Shown here one piece after another: positions 1-13,302 of a DNA stretch of 64,000 bases (position 1 is its first letter; every line of letters begins with the position of its first letter). The stretch is from Piromyces finnis finn (taxonomy: Eukaryota > Fungi > Neocallimastigomycota): the NCBI GenBank assembly GCA_002104945.1, contig MCFH01000002.1, positions 1,302,001-1,366,000 of the forward strand. The letters are read 5' to 3'. A program made the translations under genes and the position numbers. The notes beneath the pieces are model-generated. The model was not told the origin of the DNA, searched no databases, and saw only the letters and a list, made by a program, of their open reading frames with translations.

Positions 1-48
1 ATATTTTATTTATATATATATATTTTTTATTTATCATTGTTTTAACAA

Positions 49-1475
49 TTAGCTATTTTTTTTTTTATTTAAAATTTCAATCATTTTTTCAATTAAATTA
101 CGATGATATTCTTTTTGCTTATTGATTATAGGAAGTGATTTGGTTTCGATCTTTGGTGACAATGATTCAATTGGTGAATTAATGTATTTTTCTCTTTCTG
201 GATCTGTATTATTGAAAGTGTGATTTATGAGTGGGCTTTCTGATTGAATGATGGAGTAACGGCATTTTGGTAACATAGATATAGTAGAGCGTTTACTTTT
301 TTTATCAGTTTTATGAGTAGTAATTGATGAAGATGTTGCTAATGAGGAAAGTGTTTCTGAATAAGAAGATATATTACTATTATCAGATTTTTCCTGATCC
401 TTATTTTTAGAGGCAGAGAAAGAAGAATAGGTTGGTTTTTCTTCTTCATTATTTATTAAGATTTCATCATCATTAAGAATGACATCATCTGCCATTAAAT
501 CATCGGTATCGACAACATCAAATAAGGCTTCTTGATATGATACTGTTGGTTGAGATGGTTTATAGGATTTGTTCGATGATACATCATTATATGCAATTTG
601 TTTTCCTTTGCTTTTATTGATTGGCTTCATTTGTGTAATGACACTTCCAAAAGCAGTAGTCGTTGTTGTTTTGACAAAGTTTTGTTCTTTCTGATTCATT
701 GGTCTTAAGTGAACATCCTCATCTTCACTTATTTCATTTTCTAGGTCATCTTCATTATAATATAATGATGATGAAGATGATGAATCATTTTGGATATTAA
801 CACAATTTTCAGTACCTAATGAAAAAGCAGATAATCTTTGTTCTATTGATGCTATATCATCTTCTATTATTTTACACTCACAGCTTTTGGTGCTCTTTTT
901 CTTATCTTTCATTTTATCTTTTAGTTTTTTAACTTCGACTTCCAAGTCAGAATCAATGTTAGATTCCATGTTAGCGGATAATGTATACATTGGAACAACA
1001 CCATTACCTGGGTTTGTAATAGTAATGTGAGGTTGTTGAACTAAGAGCACTGCCGGCATTTTACCATTATTATTGGCATTTAGACTAAGAGAAGGATTAG
1101 AGGATGGTACTACAACTTGAGGTGGTAATGATTGTATCATATTAGTATTATTTATTGGTTGTCTAATTGTTGTGGTTGGCACCATTTTGGGTGATAACAT
1201 AGCAATAGGTTCATTATTGTATTGGCTAAGGCTTGGAGTTGAACGAATAAAGATATATGGATTATTGTTTTGATATTGAATGTTATTTGATGAGCTATTT
1301 AACTTATCTGTCATAATACCTCCTGTATTTTGATTAACAACATTTTCATCTTCAATATAAACCCTATTATACACAATATTTTGGAAGGCTTGCTCTGTAA
1401 CATTATTAATAATTGGACAATTAATATATGAATTTCCATTATGATTTTGTATATTACTGAATTGAATTGGATTGC

Positions 1476-1521
<46 letters not shown>

Positions 1522-3504
1522 GTTATTGATTTGATTTTGGATTGGGGAATTTGTTTGAGGAGTTTCATTGAGAATTACTGGAATTTGGTTTGTCATTGGT
1601 TGTATTGGTACTTGAGCTTGTGTTGTAGTTTGAGGATGAGTTTGACCAGGAACGGTAGCATAAACAGTATAAAGATTATCAGAATCATTATTATTAGGTA
1701 CAGACATATTACTTGCTGAAGAAGTAATAGCTTGTTGTGATGATATCGTAGTTGTTAAGACATTTTGTTGCATTGGCATTGACGACATTTGATAATATTG
1801 TTGAGGTACATTATTTCCAGTTGTTGTAGTAACAATTTGAACTGGAATTGGCTGAATTTCATTACCAGCAATAATTTGACCTGGTATAGGCTGAATTTCG
1901 TTAATTGTAATTGGGTGATTTAGAGGAACTGTGGTTGTTGGAACATTAGTATATATAGAATTTGTAGTGGTAGATGCAAATTGACTATAATGTTGAGTTT
2001 GAGGAGGTACACTATTTGTTTGAGTTTCATTATATGCTATAACATCATCATAAATTTGTTCATAATTTTTAAAGACAGGTTGCTGAATTGTACTTATTGC
2101 TGTTGTTGTTGGATTTGCAGTTACATTGTTATATACAGGTACAGTAGTAACTACTTGGGGATTTAATATAATTTCATCTTGATTTGAAATTGGGCTATAA
2201 TTACAAATTGGGGATATTACATTTGGACCTGTTGTAATATTTATTTGTTCACTTAAATCTTTCAAGAAATCAATTGTTTCGTTTATATTATCAACTTTAA
2301 ATTTATTAATATCATTTATTGAAATATTGTTTAATATATTTTTCATTTCGTCATTATACACAGGTTTAATTTTTTTATTTTGTATTTCATCCATTAAGTT
2401 ATTAATAGAATCAAGAGATCTCTTTTTTGACTCATTAATCTCTTTTTTAAACTCATCTTTAAGAGGATTTTTTGGAGAAGTTATTGAATCACTTAATGGG
2501 GAAGTAGTTGGTGTTAAAGGATGGTAGGCTTTATCATTTTTAACATTTACCTTTTCAGGTGGAATAGTTTTCTTATCATCTGATAGGGATATTGTGGTTG
2601 ATGGTGTCGGCAGTTTTGTATTAGATGTTGTTGTTGATGTTTCTTTTGTTGTTAATTTTATGTTAGTTGTAGTTGAATTTTTATCTTCTGGTTTTAAATT
2701 TTCATTATTACTTTCGTTTGATTTATTTTCGGCTTTTTTAGCTCTTTCGAGCTTTTTTTGTTTCATTTCTTGCCTTGTTTTTTCATCTTCATGGATAGCT
2801 TGGTGCTTTTTTAAATCTTGTGGACGTTTGAATGCTCTATAACATGTCTTTTATTGTTAAAAATATTAATCCATTAAAAAATAGAAAAAAAAATTAATAA
2901 ATAAAATTATTATAAAAAAATTTATATTAAAAAATTTATTTTTCATTTTTTTATTTAAATGAAATAAATAATTTTGAATTAAATAAATTTTTATTTAAAA
3001 TTATTACAAGTATTATCATTTTATTATTGTTTTATTATTTCTTTGTTTCTATATTTTAATAAAACTATGTTTACATAGTATACTTTTAAATAATTCATTG
3101 TTATTATATTTTAAAATATTCAATTTGTAGTATAAAATAAAAATAATTCTTATTACCTGACAAATATGTGGTTTAAATTCGATATGTTTTCTTATATGAG
3201 AAGTAACATGATCACGCTTCTTTTTAGAATATCCACAATTATTCCAATAACATGTTAAACATAAATTATTATTAGCTTTTCTACCAATATGATCATCACA
3301 TAAATGATGATAAAGTTTTTCAGGATCGGTGAATTGTCTATTACAAGCTAGTTTATCCGGTGGTGTCCATAAACATTTATATACTACTGCTGGATATACA
3401 AATAGAGTATTTTGATAAATATTTGGTGGCATAAAAGGATAGTAATGATTATAATATCCATTATAGTTTGGTAGTATAGTTCTTTTTGAATTAAAGTCTT
3501 GCAT
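49..3504 (-). CDS. pacC: PacC/Rim101-family C2H2 zinc-finger transcription factor, 2 exons (3504-3157, 2847-49), with a long N/Q/T/S-rich C-terminus
   Basis: Exon 1 encodes HLCDDHIGRKANNNLCLTCYWNNC...KRDHVTSHIRKHIEFKPHICQ. A GT at 3156 and an AG at 2849-2848 join it to TCYRAFKRPQDLKKHQAIH, in frame with the 905-aa ORF. These three fingers are the PacC signature. Confidence 0.92.
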
Positions 3505-6453
3505 ATTAGCTTTTTTTTTTTTTTTAATTATTAAATATTTTAATTCTTTTTTGTTTATTGTTATATATATATTATTATTATTGTTTTAGTTTTGTTCTAA
3601 TTTTCTGTTTTTTTTTCCGTTTTTTCTTTTTTTCCTTTCTTTTCTTTTTTTTTTTTTTTTACTATTGTTTTAGTTTTAATTATGTTATATAGAAATATGT
3701 TTTTTAAAGATAATGAAATTTTATTTTTTCTTGAATTAATATAATATATTCAATAACACTGTTTTAATTATTTATAATAATATCTAAATTACCTTCTTAT
3801 TTTAATTTTTTGTTTTAATATTTATATTTTAAAAGTTTAATAATTGCTTTTTGGTTTTAATTTTATCATATTTTTAAATTATAATAATTCTTTTTCTAAT
3901 TAGCTATAAATAATAGGCTTTATAAGATTTTATATATATAAATGTATTAAACTGTAAATATACAAACTAAAATATATACAAAGTATTTTATTTTTTTTTA
4001 AAGAAAATAAAAAAATTTAAATTTTATAAATATTATATTTATTATTAATTTTTAATTGATTCTAATATTGTTGGATATGAACTATGAATTATTTTACTGA
4101 ATTTATTGTTTTCAATTGTTAATAAGAAAACATTTACATATATATAAATTAATTATTTTTGTTTTATTTTTATTTATTTATTTTATTTTATTTTTATTTT
4201 TTCTTTTTTTTTTTTTTTTTTTTTTTTTGTATTTAACGTTATTTTTACTTCCTTTTTCTTATTCTATTTTAAGGTGAATATACACTGTTTGAATTTATCT
4301 AAAATTCAATTTATTATATTATTTCTTATTTTATTTTATTAGGACTTTTTTCTCAGAGATAGGTATAATTAATGGTTTAATTAATTGTTTTGACAAAATT
4401 TATATTATTATTACTTTAGAAAAAATAATAAATTACTATCTACAATTAATCAATCATGAAATTCTAAATATTTTTTTTTATGGAAAAATCAAAAGTTATA
4501 AAAATTTTTTTAATTTTTTTTTAATTTATATACTTAGAAAGTACCATAAAATTAAATTTTTAATATATTTGAAATAACATTTAATTCTCATAATATTAAT
4601 ATAATCGATGAATAATTTATCAATTCTTATTAAAGCTGAAAAATGTTATTAGCCAACCAACAAATAATTGATCATTCCATAATGATCTTACCACTAATAA
4701 TAAATTTATTGCCATGATCAAAGCATCATTTTTTAAAATAATTATTATTATTATTATTATTTTTATTACTATTATTATTATTACTATTATTATTATTATA
4801 TATCAATTCATTTTAAATAGAATTAAACTTTTTTAATATAAATTATATAAGAAATATAAATTAAAATTAATATATTAAAATTATTAACACATTACTCTAA
4901 AAAATATTATATTTATATAATTTAATATAGTCAAGGCAATTTAAATTTCTTAGCATGCCATTTATTATTTTTTATTTAAATATATACTACAATATATATT
5001 TAATATATGTAATATAAATGATTTACTTAGGTTGAATTGATAAACAATTATCTTTTATTATTAAATTTTCCTATTGTATAATTTTATTATTATTATTATT
5101 TTACAATATTCTAATTTTTTTTTATTATTACAAACAAGAAATTAATTATCTTCCTAACCATTTATTTTTTTTATGTTATTTTCTAATTAATGACAGACAG
5201 TGGATTTAATTATATTTAATATATTTAATGTTGCGCCCAATAACAAAAGAAGATTCAATTTTTTAGTGTAAAGAAAACAAGAAATATTATATGGGAAAAT
5301 ACAAAATATAATTTTATTTATTAATGTTTATTAAATAATATAATTTAAATTAAAAAATGACATATATATGATTAAAAGGAAGAAGTAAAAATAATATTTT
5401 ATTAATAAGTAAAAAATAATAGTTTATATTTTGAAAATACTTTTTTTTTATAATCAAGTATAATTTAAATTTAAAAGTATTATTATTGTAAAAACACTTC
5501 TTATAATAATAAAATAAAACAGCAAAAAGAAAGAATTTTTTTGTAATATTTTTACAATAATAATTAAAGTTTAAATCACCAAAAAATAACATAACAAAAA
5601 AAGTATAATTACTATATAATGATTTTAAAATTAATAGATTTTAATTGTGAAATATATTAATTTTGATTAATAATATTATAATTAATCTCAATGTATTATA
5701 TTAAAAATATAGATGTGGTTAGTTTTATGTATTTTTTACTATAAAAATAATATTGATTAAAGTTTAAAGAAAACAAAAAAATTAATTAATATAATGAAAA
5801 ATACCAAGTTTTTCTTAAATACTATTGGTTAACAAATAAATATAATATTTAAAAAATACATAATAAAATCTTACTTTATTTGCCATATAATAACAATTCA
5901 TTTTTACTTTTTTAATTCATGAGCCACATATTTTAATATATTTATATGTTTATATGTTTTTATAAAGTTTGCTTTTTTATTTTATTTTATTTTATTTTAT
6001 TTTTTTTTTTTTTTTACTTTATTCAAGATAATATTATAATACACTACTTTAAACAGCTTTAACTTCATATATGCAATTTTACATTAATTTAAAACCAATA
6101 GACTACAGTTTATTAAAGAGATAATACTATAAAAAATATATATTATATTATTAAATATATAATATTTTATCTTTTTTAATTAATAAAAAAGTTATAAGAT
6201 AAAATGGGCATTTGCGGCATGAATTTAATATAGATATACTTAATTCATCTCTTTTAAATAAAAATATAAATATCATAATAAAATATAATTTCAAAATTAT
6301 TATTATAAGGATAATATTAAAATATTATAGTTTATAATGAAACTACCGCCGTTATAAATTATAATTTTTATTATATATTTTTTAAAAAAAATTAGTCATC
6401 TGTATATACTAATTGGCATTCTCATAAAGTACGCCAATCCATATATTTTATAT

Positions 6454-6459
6454 CTTGGC
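6454..6459 (-). promoter_or_regulatory. Candidate PacC consensus site (GCCAAG) in the divergent pacC/LRR intergenic region
   Basis: CTTGGC on + reads GCCAAG on -, matching the Aspergillus GCCARG consensus. It is a single site. Confidence 0.2.
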
Positions 6460-8105
6460 TATATTTTATATTTATTTATCATATATATTTATTTTGTTAT
6501 AATTAATAGAATATTACATTTTTATTATATAAAAAAAATCAAATGGAAATAAAGCAAATACGTCCATTATAATAATTTATAATAAAATAAATTAATAAAA
6601 AATTTTGTTTGTGTTTTGTTATAATATTAAAGCTTAATCCAAAAAACATTACTACAAAAAAGTTTAATTGTTTTTACAATAACATAGCTTATAAAACATT
6701 AATAATAATGTAATTATAAACACATTAATATAATGATAAAAAACAATAGAAATTTATTGAAATGAATAAATTCATTTTTTTAAAATAAAATAAAAATTTC
6801 TATAATAATTAAATAATAAAAGCTTTTTATAAAAAATAATAATTATATATAATATATAAAAGAATAGTTTATTCTTTTGTATATTATATTGATATTATTT
6901 AGCATTAATTTTATATTCTATGTTATTAGTATTTTTAAAATTTTCATAATTGTGATTTATAAAATGCTTTTTTCTTTAAAAAAAATTTATGAATTAATTT
7001 ATGTATTACAGAAAATAAATTATAAGTATTGGATACAAAAAATTTTATTTAAAGATTTAATGGAATAATCAATAATAAAAGTAAATAATAATAAAATAAA
7101 TATTAATCATAAAATGATATATTAAATAATATAATTATTAGATTTTTAATTAATATCATTATGATAATTTTAACATTAAAATTTTTATAATAAAATATTA
7201 TAAAAATTAAATATTATAAAATAAATACTGTAATTTATTATTGAACATCGTTTCTTTTAATAGTTGGATATATATTAAAAATTATAATGATCAATATTCC
7301 AATGTATTTTTTTTTATATATACTATTGAATAAGCTTAACAGTTTTTAAAATATAAGTATACTTTAATTCAATTCATTAAATAAAAATAAAAAACTTATT
7401 ATTATGAACAATAAAAATTTATATATGTTAGTAAAATGTAATTATTAAAAAACTTTCAAACAAATAAACTAATAATTTTAAATAGATAAACTTATTCAAC
7501 GAAATTAAAAGAAACCTTTTTAAAAGTAAATAATAAAAGTATATGTATATTTTTTATAATAATAAATTGTAATATTGATTTTTTTTTTTTTAGATATATT
7601 ATAATTTTTAATTTTAGATGGTTATGGTTTAATGAATTTTTATTAATAATAATTTTAACCATTAAAATCATTTGTAGCTTAATTATAGTTATGAAATAAT
7701 GTTACACAAAGATGACTAGAAAGGTTTGCCATTATTACCCTATACCTTATTCATATTAAAAAAAATAATAATATCATAAATAATTAAAATAATAATAAAA
7801 ATAAAATAATAAATATTAATGTAAATTTACAATGATTATGTAAATATAATATTATTTCTATTGAATAATTGAAAAAATATTCAATGTATAGTATAGTAAA
7901 TGTAAATATAAACAATTAATTTGCTATTAATAATAACAAAATAAATATAAAAACAAATTATAAATTGTAATTTTAATAATACAAATAAACAAAAAAATAA
8001 ATCATAGAAAAGATAGTATAAAGGAATAATTTAATATTTCAATAATAATTATATATAATAAAGGAAAAAAATAAAACAAGACAAATAGAATCTATACAGG
8101 TTATA

Positions 8106-10884
8106 ATGAAAAAATTTTATGGAATAATTTTATCTATTCTTTCATTATTATTGGTTTCTTGTTTACCATCAGATTCTAGTGAGTGTCAAAATATTTCAAA
8201 TTTCTTCGCAAATTATAATGGAATAGTTATTCCAGAATGTTGTAATAATGACACAACTAAAAAAAGTAATTATATAAAATGTGAAAATGGTTCTATTACT
8301 GATATGTTAGTATCAATTATTTTTGAATTAGAGATGTTATATAACATTTTAAACAATTATTTTAAACAATTTAATTAAATATTGTGCTTATTCTATTAAA
8401 TATAATGTTAGAGATTTAAGACTTGGTAGTTACAAAGATGTTATTGATTTTTCAAATTTTCCAATTCTTCAGAATCTTAAAAACTTGTAAATATAAATGA
8501 TTTATCATATGTTTCGTTTTCATTATTATTCTTCATGTATTAATTATTTATATGTATATATTTTTTTTTTCCTTTTATGCAAAAATCATTTAAAATTTTT
8601 TATTCTGATTTGTCATTATATTGTAATAGACTCATTGAAAATGCTAATTTCTTAGATAACACTGTACCTTATAGAATTTTTGAATTTCCAAATCTTAAGA
8701 CATTGTAAGTTATAATGAAATATTTATTTATTTTTTTTTTTTTCATTTATTATTAAATTATTAGTTTTGAATAGATAACTAATAAATTTATCATTATTTA
8801 GAGGTATATATGCTTCTAAAATCACAAGATTAATGGACATTAGTGAAACATGTAATCTCGAAGAATTGTAAGTATTAATAATTTTTATAGATAAAGTGAA
8901 TAAATAAATATTTATATTTATATAATATTTAAGAGTTAAAAATTAATATAAAAATATATTCTAATAATTTAGAAAGCTTTATAATAATAGTTTTTCAAAC
9001 TTTCCAAATCAAGTTATTAAATGTTCTGGGCTTAAAAAAATGTATATTTTGTACTATAATTAATTAAGTTATTTATACATATATAAAATTAATAAAAATT
9101 AAAATTTCATGATTATTAGAGACTTATCGGTAAATCCAGGATTGACTAATATTCCAAAAGATATTTATCGTTTAACAAATTTAAAACAATTGTAAGTAAT
9201 TCTTATTATAAAAATAGATTTCATCAAATAACGACGTATATGATAAACAGTATATTTATATATATATTAATATTAATAGGTATCTTGGTGAAACTGGATT
9301 GTTAGAAATACCAAATGACATATATAAATTAAAATTAGAAGATTTGTAATTTTTTTTTTTTTCTTATCTTATACTTTCATATTCTTTAATAAGTATTAAC
9401 CTAATTTATATATATAATATAATAGTGATATTAATCATACACCATGCTTGTCATCTGTTGAAATTCATAAATTTGCAGAACCTGTTGATATTTGTGATTT
9501 TAGGGGTGATAATGTTCAAATTAAATGCTATGAACAAGGAGCATGTAAACAATTTGTAATTAAAGAGTACTCTGATTCTCGTGATACAATACCAGAGAAT
9601 CCTTCACTTTATAAAGCATGTGATGAATCTTCAAATGAAGCCATTAGAAAAATAAGTTTAGGTGATGATAAACCATCTCGTGGTCGTTTGACATATATTC
9701 TATCTTTTATTGGTATTGTTATTATTCTTTTATTAATATTTTGCTATATTAAAAATTATAAATTTAATACTGCCTATGATGATAATGCAAATGAAAAAAG
9801 GTATATGACATCTCCTATTTCAGAGAATAGTACTTATAATAACGATACTCAAGCATCTGATTATAATTTAAATGCGCTAAAATCATCAGGATCATCAAAT
9901 ACAGAAATAGTTAAATCAAATGAAATTAATGAAATTAATGGTTTTATTAAAAATGTTGAAACTCAAGTAGGCATTTTTCAAAAGAAGGAAGAAAACACTA
10001 GTTTAAAGATAACCAACAATAGTTCAATTGATGATAAAAATCAAACCTCATCGGCTATTAAAAAAGAATCATCAATATCCTCAACATCACAAGTAATATC
10101 ACCATCTTCATCTATATCTTCTACATCACCAATATCTCTTGTAGGAAATAAAAGTTTTAGTTCTATTCATAATGATTCATTCAATAGTAATCAATATATA
10201 TCTCATATTAGAAGTAATTCAATTCACAATACCATTCCAATGAAACATACAAAAAGTTCAAGACTCACGTCAAAACAAATAGAAGCATTAAAATGTGCAA
10301 GGGATGCACCTTCAAAAATCGAATTACCTTCTTATTCAGAGACAATTAGACAAAATAACAGTGTAAAATATAATCAAATCTTTCTACAATATCAAATGAA
10401 TCAATTACAAAATTCATCAATGAAAGGAATAAATGGAATTAATCCTAATCATAATAGTAACATGCCATTATATTACACTAATATCCAAAATACAAAGGGT
10501 GTATCAAATATACAAAATTCTTTTATTCAATCATTACCAAACGCGTACATGTCTGGTAATATGCTCAATTATGGTAATGGTATTATGGGATCTAACTATA
10601 TGAATACAATGAATTCAATGAATAATAATATAAATTCTATGAACAATAATATAAATTCTCTGAGTAATATAAACAATTTAAATACAGTGAATAGTATAAA
10701 TGCAAAGAATATAAACAATAATCTTGGTAATGGTTCATATGTGACCCCATCACCTTGTTTTGCTTTATCAAGTACTTTACCAACAACAACAAATTCAAAC
10801 GGATTTATTAGTATTAATAATAATATTAACATTAATAATAATAATAGTATAACTAATAACAAAGATAACCATAACAATAGTTAA
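8106..10884 (+). CDS. Signal peptide + Cys-rich cap + ~6-7 LRRs + single TM + S/N-rich cytoplasmic tail (LRR receptor-like protein), ~8 exons
   Basis: Signal peptide MKKFYGIILSILSLLLVSC. Short GT-AG exons encode FPILQNLKNL, FEFPNLKTL, CNLEEL, DLSVNPGLTNIPKDIYRLTNLKQL and YLGETGLLEIPNDIYKLKL. The last exon (from ~9425) carries TM YILSFIGIVIILLLIFCYI. Confidence 0.8.
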
Positions 10885-11758
10885 AATAAATATTGCTATT
10901 ATTATTATTTTTTTTATAAAAATATAATTATATTATGTATATACTTTGAAATAAAAAAAAAAAAACATGTATATATATAAAAAGAAAGCGAAAACAAAAT
11001 ACGAAAAAACTAAACAAATTTAAACAAAACAAAACAAAAAAAAGTTAATAATTGTATAAAATGCTGTAATAGATTAGTTATATTAAAATATACAATTTAT
11101 GTAAAAAAAAAAAAACTATGAATTCTTAATTTATAATGTAAAATAGTTGTGATTTTATAAATTATTATGAATAAAAGTTTTTAAAAAGTGTTTTAAAAAG
11201 AAATTTATCGATGAAGGAAAAATATAAATTTAAAGTTTATTTTTATTTTTTATTTTATTTATTTATTTTTTTTTTATCTATCATTCATTTTGTGATACCG
11301 CAGTTTCATGCCATGATATGTTTTCCTTTCCTTTTTTTTTATTAATTATACAAGAATGAAAAAACTAATTTATCGAATCTATAAAAAGAAATAAATAAAA
11401 AACTATAAAGAGTAAAGTTCACATTTAAATATTAAAAAAAAAAAGTCTTTTTTTTTTTGTTTTTAAAGTGATAGAGATTATATTTATATATATATAAAGG
11501 AAAAATAGTATTTGAGGTATAATTATTATAAATATATATATACAATATTTTGATATCATTATCATGGGAATAAATACTTTTTTAAAAAAAACTAAAATAG
11601 AAATAATGTTATAATTTTTTATTTTTTAATTTATATACAAAGTATCAATATTATCTCCACTTTTTTTTAATAGTAATAGCAACAAACTATAACAAATAAA
11701 ATAATAATAATAATAATAAACATCAAGACTTTAATATTTAAATAATAATAATAGTATC

Positions 11759-13130
11759 ATGAATTTTACTATTTATATTTTATTTTGTACAAACTTATGG
11801 TAAAACAAGAGCAACGGAAAAATGTAATAAAGTTGATAATTTTTTTACATAATATAAAAAAAGTTCCAAAAGCGATATATGTATTCCATTATGTTGTAAT
11901 AAGGATAACAAACATCGATATTTTAAGTGTGAAGAAGGTCACATCACAAATATCTAATGCTAATGATATATATTAAAAAATAAAAATATAAGATTTTATA
12001 ATTTATATTTATATATTTATTAACAGAGAGTTAAGATTTAGTAAACAGAATCTGTTGATTTTTCTACTTTTCCAGTATTAAATAATCTAAAAAGAATGTA
12101 CATGTTTTATCATTGAATTACATAAGGTTTTATGTTTTTATATTTATTTAAAATGGCAAATATAATAATATTATTAATGCTTTTATAGTTTATTAGAAAG
12201 AAATGTATTTAAAAATGATGTTTTTCCAACAAAACTACAAATTTGTTATAAATGATAATCCATATTAATATAATTATGATTCTGATAATAACTATACATC
12301 ATGTGGTGTACCATAAATAGTAAATCTGAAAAACAATCAGAATTATCTTTAGGAAAGAGGGAGAATATAATAACAGTTATTATAGGAATACTTTTAATTT
12401 TAATAATTATATGTTTAGTTTTTATACATTCGAATATAAATAAAAAATATTCCACTATCAAAAGAATATATAAAGGTAATACCTATCAACCACCACTACT
12501 ACCGCTACCATTGCAGCAACAATATAAGGAAAGAATTCAACTGATGATTTAGTGAATTCCAATGAAAATTAGATTTTAAAAACCTTAATATATAAAAGAA
12601 AAGAAAAAAGAAATGTTCAAGAAGATTATAAATTTGATATTCATAACAATTCAATGCCCTACAGTTCATTTCGTCCTAATACCATTATATCGTCAAATTC
12701 CATACGTTCAAATACTATAACGAAATCAAACCTTCTTTATTCAACCGTTCCATTGTCATCCAAATTGCTTTATACCACTACACCATTATTTAATATGTCA
12801 GATATTAAAAAGAAATTTATTTCTCTAATGGTAAAAAAAAGTTGAATCAAAATCCAGGATATCAAAGAATCAAACCTTTAATGATACGTATAATCAGATG
12901 TATGCTATCTATCGGTCAACGATCCTATTACAAATAACTATAGTATAAACTGTAGAAATGTTAAAGGAAATGCAATATATTATTTAAATCAGAATTATAA
13001 TGTTAACCCTAGTGGTGGTAATACTATTACGCCTATATTACCAATTTATATGAACAGTTTTCTATCAAAAAATTCAACTTCAAATGGCATTTCTACTCTA
13101 TCAAATAATAATAACAATAGACAACCGTAA
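11759..13130 (+). pseudogene. Decayed tandem paralog of the 8106-10884 LRR receptor-like gene
   Basis: EKCNKVDNFFT*YKK...IPLCCNKDNKHRYFKCEEGHITNI parallels ECQNISNFF...IPECCNN...YIKCENGSITDI. VDFSTFPVLNNLKRI parallels IDFSNFPILQNLKNL. The TM IITVIIGILLILIIICLVFI is retained. In-frame stops and frameshifts are present and the first donor reads CT instead of GT. Confidence 0.75.
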
Positions 13131-13163
13131 CGATAATAAAAAATATATTATAGTTTTAAACAT

Positions 13164-13302
13164 CAAAAATTCAACCGCAATAAACTATCTTTATAGTTTA
13201 TTCTAAAGATCAAAATTTCAACCGCAATAAACTATCTTTATAGTTTATTCTAAAGATCAAAATTTCAACCGCAATAAACTATCTTTATAGTTTATTCTAA
13301 AG
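13164..13302. repeat. Three tandem 47-bp units, each with a 10-bp perfect inverted repeat
   Basis: Unit CAAAATTTCAACCGCAATAAACTATCTTTATAGTTTATTCTAAAGAT. AATAAACTAT and ATAGTTTATT flank a CTTT loop. Confidence 0.95.

Noticed and set aside
1311-2842. Short ORFs overlapping pacC (1311-1568, 1441-1719, 1981-2166, 2327-2527, 2594-2842)
   Set aside because: They are antisense or off-frame shadows of low-complexity coding sequence and an AAT run.
5350-7068. ORFs 5350-5592 and 6877-7068, and similar F/I/L/Y/K-rich ORFs at 16888, 31990, 56229 and 62214
   Set aside because: Their composition is what random AT-rich intergenic DNA yields, with no motifs or splice support.
13164-13302. CRISPR array (palindromic repeats)
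   Set aside because: The units are contiguous with no unique spacers, there are no cas genes, and the context is eukaryotic.
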